From Ostreococcus lucimarinus (taxonomy: Eukaryota): 64,000 bases of DNA. The stretch lies in the NCBI GenBank assembly GCA_000092065.1, contig CP000601.1. One strand, 5' to 3'. Position numbers and translations under genes: made by a program. Below the pieces are notes generated by a model. The model was not told the DNA's origin. It saw nothing but the letters and a program-made list of their open reading frames with translations, and made no database searches. This document shows positions 19,442 through 29,884 of the stretch, one piece after another (within the stretch, counting starts at the first letter, position 1; each line of letters starts with the position of its first letter).

Positions 19442-21277
19442 TTACTCGTCGAGCAAGTAGTAGCAGTTCGCCGCCTTTTGTTCGCTGTCGAGCTGGGACT
19501 GGTACTTGTTAATGCGCGGACGGTAGTTCGTGGGATCGCGTCGAAACGTAATCTCCAACGCCTTCAGGAACATGTTCATACCCGTCAACAAAGACTGCGG
19601 CGCGTGCGCCGTCGCTTCGATGGCGGGGACGCCAGAGTACACCACAACCTTGTCCGCGAGGTACGTGGCCATGATGAAATCGTGCTCCACGATAAAAGCC
19701 ACCTTTTTGGCGTGCAAGATGAAGCGCTTGATAACCTTAGACGCCCACACACGTTGCTCGGAATCCAAATACGCCGACGGTTCGTCGATGAGGTAAATGT
19801 CCGCGGGCGTACCCATGCACATCGCCAACGCCACGCGTTGCAATTCACCACCGGAGAGGTTTTGCACCGCTTGGTCCATCAACGGATCGATGTTCATAGG
19901 CTTCATAACGTCCGAAACGAACTGAGGGTGCATGTAAGAGTCGCGAATCTTCTTGTGAAGCAACTCGCGCACGGTGCCCGGGAACTTCGGGGAAATCTTT
20001 TGAGGCTTGTACGACACGTTGAACTCCGGAAGTTCGAGTTCTTCGTCGTCCGGTTGAATCAAGCCGGCGATAAGGCGAATAAAAGTCGTCTTACCCGTAC
20101 CGTTCTCCCCGAGCAACACGACAATTTCGCTATCGGTGAACTCACCGGACTCGACGTTGAGTTTGAAATCGCCCTGCGTCTTCACCAACGCCGGGTATTC
20201 GTATCGCGAAAAATGTTTGTCGGTAATCTCCATCCCACTATCCGCGCCCGCGACTTTGAACGTGAGCGCCTCGTCGCGGAAACGCAAGTTCTCCGTCGGC
20301 ACAAAACCGGCGAGGAAAATGTTGATGCCTTCGCGAACAGAGAAGGGCATGGTGACGACGCCGTACGCCCCGGGCTTCCCGTACAGGCAGCAAATGAAGT
20401 CGGACAAGTAATCGAGCACGGACAAATCGTGCTCGACGACGATGACGTACGTATCGTTCTTTAACAAAGAACGAATCACCCGAGACGCCTTCAAACGTTG
20501 CTTGACGTCTAAGTACGACGACGGCTCGTCAAACATATAAATGTCTGCCTTTTGGCACGCGATGATCGCGGTGGCGAACCGCTGAAGCTCCCCCCCAGAT
20601 AACTGCGCCACCTGACGCTGCATGACATTCTCCAAGTCCAATTGGTCCTTGAGAAATTCCAAGTTGTCCAACTCGTTTCTATCGTTCAAGCATTGCTCGA
20701 CTTCTCCCTTGACGGCTTTCGGAATGTTATCGACGTACTGCGGCTTAATCAACGCCTTCATGTCATCCTCCAAAATCTTCGTCAGATAGTTTTGCAACTC
20801 CGACCCGCGGAAGTGCGCGAGAATATCGCTCCACTCGGGCGGTTTCGTGAAATTCCCAAGATTCGGCTTCAATTTCCCCGCCAAAATTTTCAGCGCCGTC
20901 GACTTGCCGATCCCGTTTGTGCCCACCAACCCGAGCACCTGTCCCGCGCGCGGCGTCGGCAACCGATGCAACTTAAACGTGTTCGGCCCATATCTATGCG
21001 TCGTCTCTCGCTCCAAATTCTTCGGCAGATTGATGATCGTCAGCGCTTCAAACGGGCACTTCTTCACGCAAATCCCGCATCCGATGCACAACTCCTCGCT
21101 CAGAAACGCAATCTTATCCTTCGGTCCGACCTCGATGCACAACTTTCCGACCTTCACCACCGGGCACGATCGCTTACACTCTTGTTTGCATTTTTTCGGT
21201 CGGCACCGCTCGCCGTTGACGATGGCGATGCGATCGAGCTTTTCGTTCGGGTCCTCGTCTTTGTTCTTTTTGCCCAT
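19442..21277 (-). CDS. ABCE1: ABCE1 / RNase L inhibitor (Rli1) ribosome-recycling ATPase: two 4Fe-4S clusters plus twin ABC domains
   Basis: [41 protein letters not shown]...[15 protein letters not shown], then two Walker A/signature/Walker B sets ([32 protein letters not shown]). It is a complete, intronless 611-aa product. Confidence 0.95.
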   Translation of the reverse strand: MGKKNKDEDPNEKLDRIAIVNGERCRPKKCKQECKRSCPVVKVGKLCIEVGPKDKIAFLSEELCIGCGICVKKCPFEALTIINLPKNLERETTHRYGPNTFKLHRLPTPRAGQVLGLVGTNGIGKSTALKILAGKLKPNLGNFTKPPEWSDILAHFRGSELQNYLTKILEDDMKALIKPQYVDNIPKAVKGEVEQCLNDRNELDNLEFLKDQLDLENVMQRQVAQLSGGELQRFATAIIACQKADIYMFDEPSSYLDVKQRLKASRVIRSLLKNDTYVIVVEHDLSVLDYLSDFICCLYGKPGAYGVVTMPFSVREGINIFLAGFVPTENLRFRDEALTFKVAGADSGMEITDKHFSRYEYPALVKTQGDFKLNVESGEFTDSEIVVLLGENGTGKTTFIRLIAGLIQPDDEELELPEFNVSYKPQKISPKFPGTVRELLHKKIRDSYMHPQFVSDVMKPMNIDPLMDQAVQNLSGGELQRVALAMCMGTPADIYLIDEPSAYLDSEQRVWASKVIKRFILHAKKVAFIVEHDFIMATYLADKVVVYSGVPAIEATAHAPQSLLTGMNMFLKALEITFRRDPTNYRPRINKYQSQLDSEQKAANCYYLLDE

Positions 21278-21474
21278 GGCGATCGTCGACGCGCCGTTCG
21301 TCGCGCGCCGTCGCCGTCGCGGTCGTCACGACGTCGTCGACGATGCCGTTCGTTTCCTGCGTGCGCTCGTGCGTGCGCGTGCGTTCGCGACGGCGTTCGC
21401 GACGCGCGCGCGAATGAGGTTCGACGATGACCTAGCACAGCCCTAGTGGTGCGCGGGCGCGAGCGTTACAAGGG

Positions 21475-23703
21475 CTAGTCGTCGTCTTGCGCGGCGCTGA
21501 GCATGATGAGTAAATCCTCGTCGCGAATCGCGCCGTGAACGTCCACGGCGACGTCGAAAGCGGTCTGACCGCGCCCGTTGAGGACGCGCGGGTCGGCACC
21601 GCGACGGAGTAGAACCTTGGCGAAGGCGTCTCGGCCTCTTCGTGCGGCGTAGTGGAGCGCGGTGTCCTCGGTGTACGGATTCTCTCGAGCGTTCACGTCG
21701 ACGTTGTGGTGCAGCAGAGCTTCGAGGATGGCGATGGAAGCATCACCGCAGTCGCAAGCGGCGGTGAGCATGACCCAGTGCATCTTGATGTGCGGGCCTT
21801 TGAGGAGTAAATCCATGACGGCTGGTAGCGAGTTGGAGTTGATCGCCGTCAAGAGCTGCGACTCGGTCGGTTGCGCCTCGCGACGGCAAAACGCCTTGGC
21901 GACGTACTTTGAGAGTATGAAAGCCTTTCGAGATTCGAGCGACGAATTCTTGTTGGGTTTTTTCGCCTCGACTTCGGCTTTTTCGTACTCCCAACGCGCG
22001 TTCGATTGGGCGTTGCCCCAGCGCGAGAAAAATTCCAACACGCTTGGCTCCCACGCGCGCACGTCGAGCGTTGCGCTCCGAACTTTGCTCACCTGCACGC
22101 CCAACTGCCTATGAACGCCGCTGCATTGCAAGCAAAGCATGATACCGAGGTTAAGACTCGCCCAATCCGGCTCTGGCATGTCGCAATCGGCGCAGAATCC
22201 GTTGCCGGGCACGGCGCCGAGCACCGTCAAGGGTGGCGGACCGTCGTACGCGGAGACGCTCGAGATCGACGACATCGTCCGCGAATGCTTGCTCCCGTAT
22301 TTGTTCACGCTCGCTTCGTGCTCTGCCAGGATTGTTTCGTTCACGCTCGAATTTAATAAACTCGCGATCGCGGTCGTGATAGCTTCCATCCATTTGCTTC
22401 GCTCCGCGTTGCTTTCGCAGCGTAAATAATACGTCTTTTCGGGAGAAACGATGCGAAACGCGAAACGCGCGTTCGAGTCGTCGTCCAAGTCGGGTTTAAT
22501 CGTCGCCGTGAGCAAAGATACCGTCTCGCGTACCTCTCCTCCGCCAGTCGTCTGCGTCGAAGGCGCGTTTGACGACTTATTTCGCATCGACCCGAGCGAT
22601 AACAACTTCCCGCCGAGCGCTTTCCTCGGATTGGACGAAAGCGATTTCGTGTACGTCAGCGATCCGCGCGCATCCAAAACGAAGAATCGCCGCTTCCAAT
22701 CTTGAATTTTCCCGCTCGATCGCTTCAATAAATATCCTTGCATCAACGCTTCGTTTTGAGAGGACCCGTATCCCGCGGCGGACGACGCCATCTGCGCGCT
22801 CATCTCTCTCGCGCGGTCACTTACCATCGACAGTGCGTCCGATGTCGATTGCGCTTCGTCATCGCACCGCGCCATCAGCTTTTCCATTTCCTCGTTCAAC
22901 GCCGCCTCTAAGTCCGCGCCCTCGGCCTCCGCCGCCGCGACGTCCTTTCTCAAAATATCCAGCGTGGGCGAGAGGCGAGTCAATATTTCCACCCCCCGAC
23001 GAAAGTAATCCAACTGCGCGTCGATTAAGTCTACGGCGCACCGTTTCGTGCGCGTGTGCTTCGCCACATTCACTCGTTGCAGCGCTACGAGCAAATCCCG
23101 TCGCGCGCGCTCAAACGACAGTTTCGCCGCGCGCAACTCTTCCTCCCCTCCCGTCGTCTTCATATATCGCTGTCGCACCCCATCGTACTCCTTCTTCGCC
23201 GCATCCACCGCTTTACGACGTTCGCGCAGCTCCCCGACGTCCTTTTCCGTCGCTCTTCGCACGTTTTCGCTCGCCAGCGCGTTTCTCGTGAAATTCGCCA
23301 ACCGCTCGCGTTCGCTCGACAGCGCCTCCATCGCCTCCCGCATCGCGTCCGCGCCCTCGCCGCTCCCGGTCGTCACGCACGTCGCCAACGCGCGCGTCTT
23401 GTGCGCGCACCCGACGTCGGCGTCGGACACCGACTCCAGCGCGTCCGCGAGCGCGTCGTACGTCCGGCGTCCTTCGTTCGTGAATTCTCGTTCGAGCTTC
23501 AACACGCGCTGTTTCAGCGCCGGCGAGTGCTCGAGCGCGCGACCGAACAGCGCGAGCGCATCGTTCGCGTCGCTCGACGGCACCGCGCGCGCGCACGCGT
23601 CGACGCGCGCGGCGATTTCGTCGTTCGTGTCCAACGCGTGCACGCGAGGCGGGATGATGCCCGCGCCGCGCCTGTGCGCCGTCGACGTCGAGCGCGCGAA
23701 CAT
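21475..23703 (-). CDS. BAR-PH-ArfGAP-ankyrin protein (plant AGD1-4 / animal ACAP class ArfGAP)
   Basis: N-terminal coiled-coil/BAR-like region. PH domain: GYLLKRSSGKIQDWKRRFFVLD...FRIVSPEKTYYLRCES..ERSKWMEAI. ArfGAP zinc finger: CADCDMPEPDWASLNLGIMLCLQCSGVHRQLGVQVSKVRSATLD. C-terminal ankyrin repeats. Confidence 0.85.
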   Translation of the reverse strand: MFARSTSTAHRRGAGIIPPRVHALDTNDEIAARVDACARAVPSSDANDALALFGRALEHSPALKQRVLKLEREFTNEGRRTYDALADALESVSDADVGCAHKTRALATCVTTGSGEGADAMREAMEALSSERERLANFTRNALASENVRRATEKDVGELRERRKAVDAAKKEYDGVRQRYMKTTGGEEELRAAKLSFERARRDLLVALQRVNVAKHTRTKRCAVDLIDAQLDYFRRGVEILTRLSPTLDILRKDVAAAEAEGADLEAALNEEMEKLMARCDDEAQSTSDALSMVSDRAREMSAQMASSAAGYGSSQNEALMQGYLLKRSSGKIQDWKRRFFVLDARGSLTYTKSLSSNPRKALGGKLLSLGSMRNKSSNAPSTQTTGGGEVRETVSLLTATIKPDLDDDSNARFAFRIVSPEKTYYLRCESNAERSKWMEAITTAIASLLNSSVNETILAEHEASVNKYGSKHSRTMSSISSVSAYDGPPPLTVLGAVPGNGFCADCDMPEPDWASLNLGIMLCLQCSGVHRQLGVQVSKVRSATLDVRAWEPSVLEFFSRWGNAQSNARWEYEKAEVEAKKPNKNSSLESRKAFILSKYVAKAFCRREAQPTESQLLTAINSNSLPAVMDLLLKGPHIKMHWVMLTAACDCGDASIAILEALLHHNVDVNARENPYTEDTALHYAARRGRDAFAKVLLRRGADPRVLNGRGQTAFDVAVDVHGAIRDEDLLIMLSAAQDDD

Positions 23704-23867
23704 GCGCGACGGTCACCGCGCGTCGTCGCGTCGTCGCGTCGTCGTCGGCGCGGTCGCGCCGCGCGCGCGTCTCGCGTCGTCGTGTGCGGCGGCCGCGATG
23801 AAGCGCCGACCGCACTCGACGACGCCGCGCGGTCGCGCGACGCGCCGGCGATCGAGCGCCGCGCGCC

Positions 23868-26800
23868 ATGGCGACGGACGCGATCGACTGCTCCGTCCCG
23901 GGCGTGCTCGCGCTGCTCGGCGACGCGCTGAGCGCGGACGCGCGGCGGCGCGAGCGCGGCGAGGCGGCGCTGCTGTCGGCGGTGAAGCGCGCGGACGGCG
24001 CGCTCAAGTCGCTGCTCGCGATCGCGTGCGGAGGCTGGACGGAGACGGTGCCGACGATGTCGGCGAGCGACGCGGAGGCGGTGCGAACGCTGGCGTGCGT
24101 GACGGTGAAGCGAAGGTGCACGCCGAGGGCGTTCGCGTCGAGGTTGACGCGCGGCGAGAGGGACGAGGCGAAGCGAGCGCTTCTGGATCGAGCGATGACG
24201 GCGGAGAGCAAGGCGCTGAGGAATGCGGTGCTGGACGTTATCGCGAAAATCGCGCGTTGGACGGTGCCGCAGGGGGAGTGGAACGAGTTGTTGGAATTTT
24301 TGGGACAGTGCGCGAGCTCGCCCGAGACGGCGCATCGAGCGTTGGCGTTTAAGTTGTTCGAGAGCCTGACGGAGACGATCGTGAGCTCGCTGAGTCATCA
24401 CTTTAAGACGTTGGCGGGATTGTTTGCGAACGGACTCGTGGACGCGCACGATGAGGTGCGGGTGAGCGCGCTTCGCGCCGTCGGGGCGTTGGTGGCGAAC
24501 GCGTCGGGCGAGCCCGAGGAGGTGGCGGTGATAAAGTCGTTGGTGCCGCACGTGCTCGAGGCGGCGAAGACGGCGGTGTCGAACGAAGACGAAGAGTCGG
24601 CATCGATCGTGTTTGAGGTCCTAGATGCGCTCACGGAGAGTCGCACGAGCGCTTTGAGTGGACACGTGCCCGCCGTCGTCGGCTTTTGCATTCAAGTCGC
24701 CACGGCGGAACGCGAGCTCGGGACGAGCGCGCGACGACGCGCGTTAGACGTGCTGGCGTACATGGCGCGTCACAAACCAAAGGCACTGACAAAGTCTAAG
24801 CTTGTCGAGCCGATGCTGGCCGTGTTGTGCCCGCTGTGTGGTGAGCCCAAGGAAGCCGAGCTCGCGGGCGAGGACGATCTCGAAGACGAAGACGAGGTGC
24901 ACATACAAACCGTAGCGAGTCAGCTCATTGATATTTTAGCGCTTAAAGTGCCGGCAAAGTATGTCCTTCCGACGGTTCTGTCATTCGCCGCGGCGAATAT
25001 CAACAATGCATCGAACGACCGCTTGCGTCACGCCGCAGTCGCCGTGCTCGGCGTCGTCACCGAAGGGTGCGCCGAGGGCGTGCGCGCGCACGCGAGCACC
25101 ATCGTGCCGAGTGTGGTCGGACGCTTGAGCGATCTAAATGGACCCGTGCGAGGCGCGGCGGCGTTTACGCTCGGACAGTTTGCCGAGCACCTTGGGTTGA
25201 CGTTGGAAGACCCGGACATGCACAAGCAAGTGCTGCCGAGCTTATTCACCGCGCTTCCGGTTGAGCAAGTGAAGAGCGTGCAAGAGCGCATGATGTATGC
25301 AATGGATGCGTGGTTGGAAGACGTTCAAGACGAAGTCGGCGTGTACGTCAAACCTTTGCTCGACATAGTCTTATTAGCTCTCGATAGCGGTGCCAAGCGC
25401 CACGTGCGCGAGATGTTACTTTCGGCGCTCGCGTCCGCGACGGCGTCGAGCGGGGACAAGGTGCATCCGTACTTGGGCGAACTCTTGCCTAGACTCGATC
25501 GTTGCTTGTCTCTGACGGCGGATGAAGAATTGAACGTTCGCGCGCGCGCGTTAGAAGTGCTGGGGATGTTGATTTCGGCCGAAGGTGGCAAGGAGGCCAT
25601 GGGACCGCACGTGGAAAACGCCATGCAAGCCGGGCTCTCTGGGTTCGAGCTCGATTTTGCCGAGCTCCGGGAATACGCCCACGGCTTGTTTGGCGAAGTG
25701 GCGGAGGCGCTCAAGGAAGATTTCGATCGCTACCTCGCCGTGTGCGCGCAGAAAGCGTTCGCGTCGCTCGAACTGGACGATGGTATCATGTTTGACAGCG
25801 AGGACGAAGCCGATCGCGAAGAGTTGGATTCGGACGACGACGGCGACGGCGACGGTGCCGATGGTATGACGAGGAAGCCGGCGGGTTACTCCATTCGCTC
25901 CGGCGTCATGGACGAGAAAGCGTCGGCGTGCAAAGCGCTGAATTGTTATGCTTCGCATTGTCCTCGCGCATTCGCGCCGTACATCGCCAAGGCGTCCGAG
26001 CTACTCGGAGGCATGACGGATTATATGCACGAGATGGTGCGCGTGCAGGCGCACCTTGCGCTCGCGCAAACTACGATCGCGGCACTCAGCATCAACCCCG
26101 AAGGCGCGAAAGAACTGGTGAACGACTCACTCTCGGCCACGATTCGTTGTGTTTTAGAAGACGAAGATCGGGATGCGGTGGCCGCGTCCGTGGAAGCCGC
26201 GGCGCTTCTCGTAAACATTCTCAAAGAACATCGCGGGGTAGACGTCTCGCAGCACGTCATCGATCTCACCGCGGCAAGTTTGGAAATTCTAGAGGGCAAC
26301 ACGTTCTGTCAAGTCGAAGATGGGTATGACAGCGAAGAAGGCGACGAAGAAGGCGATGAAGACGAAGACGAAGACGTCGAAGCGGGCTTGGTTGTCATCG
26401 AAGCCGTCGCCGAGCTCTTACCTGCGCTCGCGATGTACATGGGAGAGACGTTCGCGACGCACTTTGTGCCGCACTTCAACGCTTTGATGAAGCGCACGGA
26501 AGAAAATCATACCGAAACCGAGCGTTCACTGTGCTACGCGACGCTCGTCGAGGTGGTGCGCGCCGTCGGTGCGCCCGCTGCGGGATGCGCCGTCGTTGCG
26601 CTCCCGAGGTGTTTGCGTGACGTCGCGTCTCTGGACGTCGGTTTGAGGCGCAACAGTATTTATTGCATCGGTATACTGGCGCAAATAGGTGGTGCGAGCG
26701 CGATAGATTTCCACGGCGCCATCGCGGAGGCACTCGCGCCGATGACGCGAGCGGACCGAGAATCCGACGGCGGCGTTCGCGATAACGCCGTGGGCGCCAT

Positions 26801-27152
26801 CGCGCGTTTGCTACAAGTCATCGACGGCGGTCATGCTCGCGAAAACGCATCCGCACTGCTTGATGTCGTTCTCAACGCGCTACCCTTGCGAAACGATTTA
26901 GAAGAAGGCCCGGACGTCTACCATTGGCTCGCGTCGACGATTACGGAAAATCCAACCTCGCTCGCCGACGCCGCGATGACTCGCATCGTCGGTATTTTAG
27001 CCGAAGTGGTCACCGATGGTGCGCTCGCACCGATAGACACGTCGCGAATATTAGGAATCGCGCTCTCGCGCGCCGAAGATCAGCGCGTGCGAGCTACGCT
27101 CTCCAGTCTGCCCGCGCAGAGTCAAGACGCGATTCGTCGAGCCGGGGCGTAG
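23868..27152 (+). CDS. Importin-beta family karyopherin, importin-4/5-like HEAT-repeat protein
   Basis: 1094 aa of HEAT repeats. It has an N-terminal importin-N-like region (RRRERGEAALLSAVKRADGALKSLLAIA), acidic loops (EEGDEEGDEDEDEDVE), and size and architecture typical of IPO4/IPO5/Kap123. The ATG at 23868 was verified. Confidence 0.65.
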   Translation: MATDAIDCSVPGVLALLGDALSADARRRERGEAALLSAVKRADGALKSLLAIACGGWTETVPTMSASDAEAVRTLACVTVKRRCTPRAFASRLTRGERDEAKRALLDRAMTAESKALRNAVLDVIAKIARWTVPQGEWNELLEFLGQCASSPETAHRALAFKLFESLTETIVSSLSHHFKTLAGLFANGLVDAHDEVRVSALRAVGALVANASGEPEEVAVIKSLVPHVLEAAKTAVSNEDEESASIVFEVLDALTESRTSALSGHVPAVVGFCIQVATAERELGTSARRRALDVLAYMARHKPKALTKSKLVEPMLAVLCPLCGEPKEAELAGEDDLEDEDEVHIQTVASQLIDILALKVPAKYVLPTVLSFAAANINNASNDRLRHAAVAVLGVVTEGCAEGVRAHASTIVPSVVGRLSDLNGPVRGAAAFTLGQFAEHLGLTLEDPDMHKQVLPSLFTALPVEQVKSVQERMMYAMDAWLEDVQDEVGVYVKPLLDIVLLALDSGAKRHVREMLLSALASATASSGDKVHPYLGELLPRLDRCLSLTADEELNVRARALEVLGMLISAEGGKEAMGPHVENAMQAGLSGFELDFAELREYAHGLFGEVAEALKEDFDRYLAVCAQKAFASLELDDGIMFDSEDEADREELDSDDDGDGDGADGMTRKPAGYSIRSGVMDEKASACKALNCYASHCPRAFAPYIAKASELLGGMTDYMHEMVRVQAHLALAQTTIAALSINPEGAKELVNDSLSATIRCVLEDEDRDAVAASVEAAALLVNILKEHRGVDVSQHVIDLTAASLEILEGNTFCQVEDGYDSEEGDEEGDEDEDEDVEAGLVVIEAVAELLPALAMYMGETFATHFVPHFNALMKRTEENHTETERSLCYATLVEVVRAVGAPAAGCAVVALPRCLRDVASLDVGLRRNSIYCIGILAQIGGASAIDFHGAIAEALAPMTRADRESDGGVRDNAVGAIARLLQVIDGGHARENASALLDVVLNALPLRNDLEEGPDVYHWLASTITENPTSLADAAMTRIVGILAEVVTDGALAPIDTSRILGIALSRAEDQRVRATLSSLPAQSQDAIRRAGA

Positions 27153-27213
27153 TCGAAACGTACACAGGTGTTTGATAATACAACGCTATTAGTTCCTAGT
27201 TAAGCTCATCGGC

Positions 27214-28185
27214 TCATCGCTTGGACTTTCTCCCCGCCTTGACTGCCTTGCCTTTTTTCTTTGTCTTCTTCCCGGACGACTTCATCTGCGGCCGCCTGCC
27301 CTCGCCGCGCAGCATCGCCTTCGTGTCCACCAACTTGTCGTGATTCACCATGTCTCTCTTGTTCACCTTCATCACCCCGTTACTGGTACTAAACGTCGAC
27401 GACCCCCACGCTAATCCGCGATCGCGCGCAGCATCGCTCGACTTCTTCGCCGCCTTCTTTTCGAGCTTATACCCAGCCGCGAACGCCTCCTGCCTCGCCG
27501 TCTCCGCGCGCTTTTCGTTCGCCTTGGCCAACCCGACGCCGATGGTCGGCGGAATCCTCGGTCCTTTCTTCGGCTTCATCCCGAGCTCGACCAATCGTTT
27601 CGTTTCCAGCGCCTGCCTATCCCACTTCGCCAATCCGCGCGCGCCGAACGCTTGCACCTCCTCCCGCAGCGCGCTAAATTTCCCGAACCTCGCCTCGCCG
27701 CCATCCTCCGCGTCCTTGTCGCGCTCGCGCGCCGCTCTCACCACGTCATCGTTCAGCACCTTCCCCGCCTCGGCGCTCATGAACGCCTTTCGCGCCTTTT
27801 TCGTATCGATCAGCCGTCCGCTCGGACTCGCGCTCGCCGCGCTCGCGTCCCGCGCCTTCGCCTTCGCCGCCGCCGCCGAAACCGTCCGTCGTCCGTCGAA
27901 CACCATCGTCTTCCCGTCGTCCGACGTCGACCCGTTCGCGGCGCGCGATGTCTTCGCGACCGCGTCCGTCGAGCGCGCGCGTCGCGTCGTCGTCGCGTCG
28001 TCGTCGTCGCGCGCGCGTTTCTTCGCCGCCGCCGGCGCCGACCCATCGCGCGCTTTCGCGCCGCGCGGCCCGCGTCGCCGTCGCGCGCCGTCGTCGTCGG
28101 CGTCGAACATCGCCATGAACGCCTCGCCGTGCCTCGCGAGCGCGTCGCGCGCGCGCGCGCCGGTTTCCGCGTCGTCGTCGCGCAT
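27214..28185 (-). CDS. Lys/Arg-rich hypothetical protein, possibly nucleolar, with a conserved-looking C-terminal region
   Basis: The C-terminal roughly 230 aa of ORF 27214..29073 are non-repetitive (FGKFSALREEVQAFGARGLAKWDRQALETKRLVELGMKPKKGPRIPP...KKTKKKGKAVKAGRKSKR). The first convincing ATG is at 28183-28185 (MRDDDAETGARARD), and upstream is low-complexity. Any DUF assignment would be a guess. Confidence 0.4.
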   Translation of the reverse strand: MRDDDAETGARARDALARHGEAFMAMFDADDDGARRRRGPRGAKARDGSAPAAAKKRARDDDDATTTRRARSTDAVAKTSRAANGSTSDDGKTMVFDGRRTVSAAAAKAKARDASAASASPSGRLIDTKKARKAFMSAEAGKVLNDDVVRAARERDKDAEDGGEARFGKFSALREEVQAFGARGLAKWDRQALETKRLVELGMKPKKGPRIPPTIGVGLAKANEKRAETARQEAFAAGYKLEKKAAKKSSDAARDRGLAWGSSTFSTSNGVMKVNKRDMVNHDKLVDTKAMLRGEGRRPQMKSSGKKTKKKGKAVKAGRKSKR

Positions 28186-28946
28186 GGTTGTGTCGTCGGC
28201 ATTCGCGCGCGCGATGGCGCCGGCGCCGGCGCGCGCGGGCGCCGACGCGCTCGCGCGTCGCGCCATCGCGCGCTGGAGCGCGAGCGCGCCGCTCGTCGGC
28301 GCGTGGGGCGCGGCGTCGATCGCGCTCGTCGTCGCGGCGCCGCGCGCGCTGTACGTCGCGCTCGTGCCCGGCGTCCTCGGCGCGCTCGCGGCGACGACGT
28401 TCTTCGTCCCGAGCGCGCGCGGGCGGCGCGGCGTCCAGGGCGCGCTCGCGACGCTGCGCGTCGCGGGCGGCGCGAGCGCGGTGATCGACGCGTGCGCGAG
28501 CGCGGCGTGCGCGACGCTCGCGGTGGCTCGGCGCGGCGTCTCGCGTCGCGGCGTCGCGATCGGATTGGCGTACGCGACGCACGGCGCGGCGTCGATCGCG
28601 GTGTACGCGATGGCGGTGGACGTGCAGGGGGCGATCGAGGCGCGAGACGACGACGGCGACGATTCGCGGGATGGATTTTCGGCGTGACGCGCGTTCGGCG
28701 ACGAATTTTCGGCGACGACGAACGACGCGGCGCGAGACGCGGCGTCGACGCGACGACGACGCGCCGTCGTCGAGCGCGATATTGTTGTATCATCATCACG
28801 CTGTGTTTTGCGTTCGCGAACCCGCGCGCCGTCGTTCGATCGCCGCGGCGCGTCTGAACGTCGCGTCCGAGCGTCGCTTTGGAATTTAAAATTCCAAAGA
28901 CAGCTCGCGATTCCAAAGCCGCACGTCGCGTCGTTCGTCCGTCGCC

Positions 28947-29792
28947 ATGAGCGCGTACGAGTTAGAGCGCCTCGAGCGCATCGAGGCGAACAAACGACGC
29001 ATGGCGCAGCTCGGCGTGCTGGAGCACGCGAAATCGCTCGCGCGCGACGCGCAAAAGAAGCGCAAAAAAACAAACTTTTCGAACGCCTTCGAGCGGACGT
29101 CGAACGAGGAGAATAAGGGCAGCGCCGCGCCCGTGCGCGCGTCGCGGCGCGTGCGCAACGAAGAACCGGAAGCGTTCGATCCGAACGACGCGTCGCGGGA
29201 TTTGTTCGAGGTGCGGTACAACGAGGAGGTGTACGAAGCGCGGCACGCGGAGGCTCTGGGAAGCGCGGCCGAGCCGTGGACGCTGTTCGAGGACGGTTAC
29301 GACGATAAAGGGCGCAGAATATACGACCCGGTGAATGGACAGTGCTGTCATCAGTGCCGACAGAAGACGAAAGGGCTGCGGACGTCGTGCGCGGGGTGCG
29401 AGATGATGCGCGGGGTGTATTGCGGCGACTGCCTCTACATGCGGCAGGGACTTAATATTCGGGAGGTCATCGCTCGCGGCGACGCGTGGCGGTGTCCGAG
29501 TTGCTTGGACATATGCAATTGCTCGTTTTGTAGAACGAAGAAGGGATACCCGCCGACCGGCACCATGTATCGCCGCAGTTTGGCGATGGGCTACGATTCC
29601 GTCGCGCACTACTTGGTGCTCACCGGGCAAAAAGACGAAGCCGCGCGCGCGCGTTACGAAGCCGAAGCGGCGGTCAAAGCCGAAGCGTACGCCAAGCGCG
29701 AGGCCGAGGCCGAGGCGCTGCGCGAGAGCGATGAGAATGCGCCGGATAGAAAGCCGCATTGGTTGAAGGAAAAAGTCATCGCGAGCGAATGA
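28947..29792 (+). CDS. CDCA7 / zf-4CXXC_R1-type zinc-finger protein
   Basis: Cys pattern CCHQCRQKTKGLRTSCAGCEMMRGVYCGDCLYMRQGLNIREVIARGDAWRCPSCLDICNCSFCRTKKG, characteristic of the CDCA7/JPO family C-terminal zinc finger. The ATG at 28947 was verified. Confidence 0.7.
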   Translation: MSAYELERLERIEANKRRMAQLGVLEHAKSLARDAQKKRKKTNFSNAFERTSNEENKGSAAPVRASRRVRNEEPEAFDPNDASRDLFEVRYNEEVYEARHAEALGSAAEPWTLFEDGYDDKGRRIYDPVNGQCCHQCRQKTKGLRTSCAGCEMMRGVYCGDCLYMRQGLNIREVIARGDAWRCPSCLDICNCSFCRTKKGYPPTGTMYRRSLAMGYDSVAHYLVLTGQKDEAARARYEAEAAVKAEAYAKREAEAEALRESDENAPDRKPHWLKEKVIASE

Positions 29793-29884
29793 CGACGAGA
29801 AACGAAACGACGAAACGAAACTGTATTAAAGAAACGAAACAAAATTGGATTATTAAAACGACAACCTTATTAAACGACGACGAC

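Noticed and set aside
23048-24551. ORFs 23048..24352 +, 23056..23931 +, 23213..24211 - and 23514..24551 -
   Set aside because: They are antisense or out-of-frame to the ArfGAP gene 5' end and the importin gene 5' end, with low-complexity translations. The real genes are 21475..23703 (-) and 23868..27152 (+).
27350-28916. Five overlapping 270-445-aa ORFs on both strands (27350..28687, 27652..28857, 27746..28582, 27810..28916, 28188..28484)
   Set aside because: They are Arg/Ala homopolymer-like translations of one GC-rich tract. Only the minus-strand frame that continues into the Lys-rich conserved C-terminus (27214..28185) looks real.
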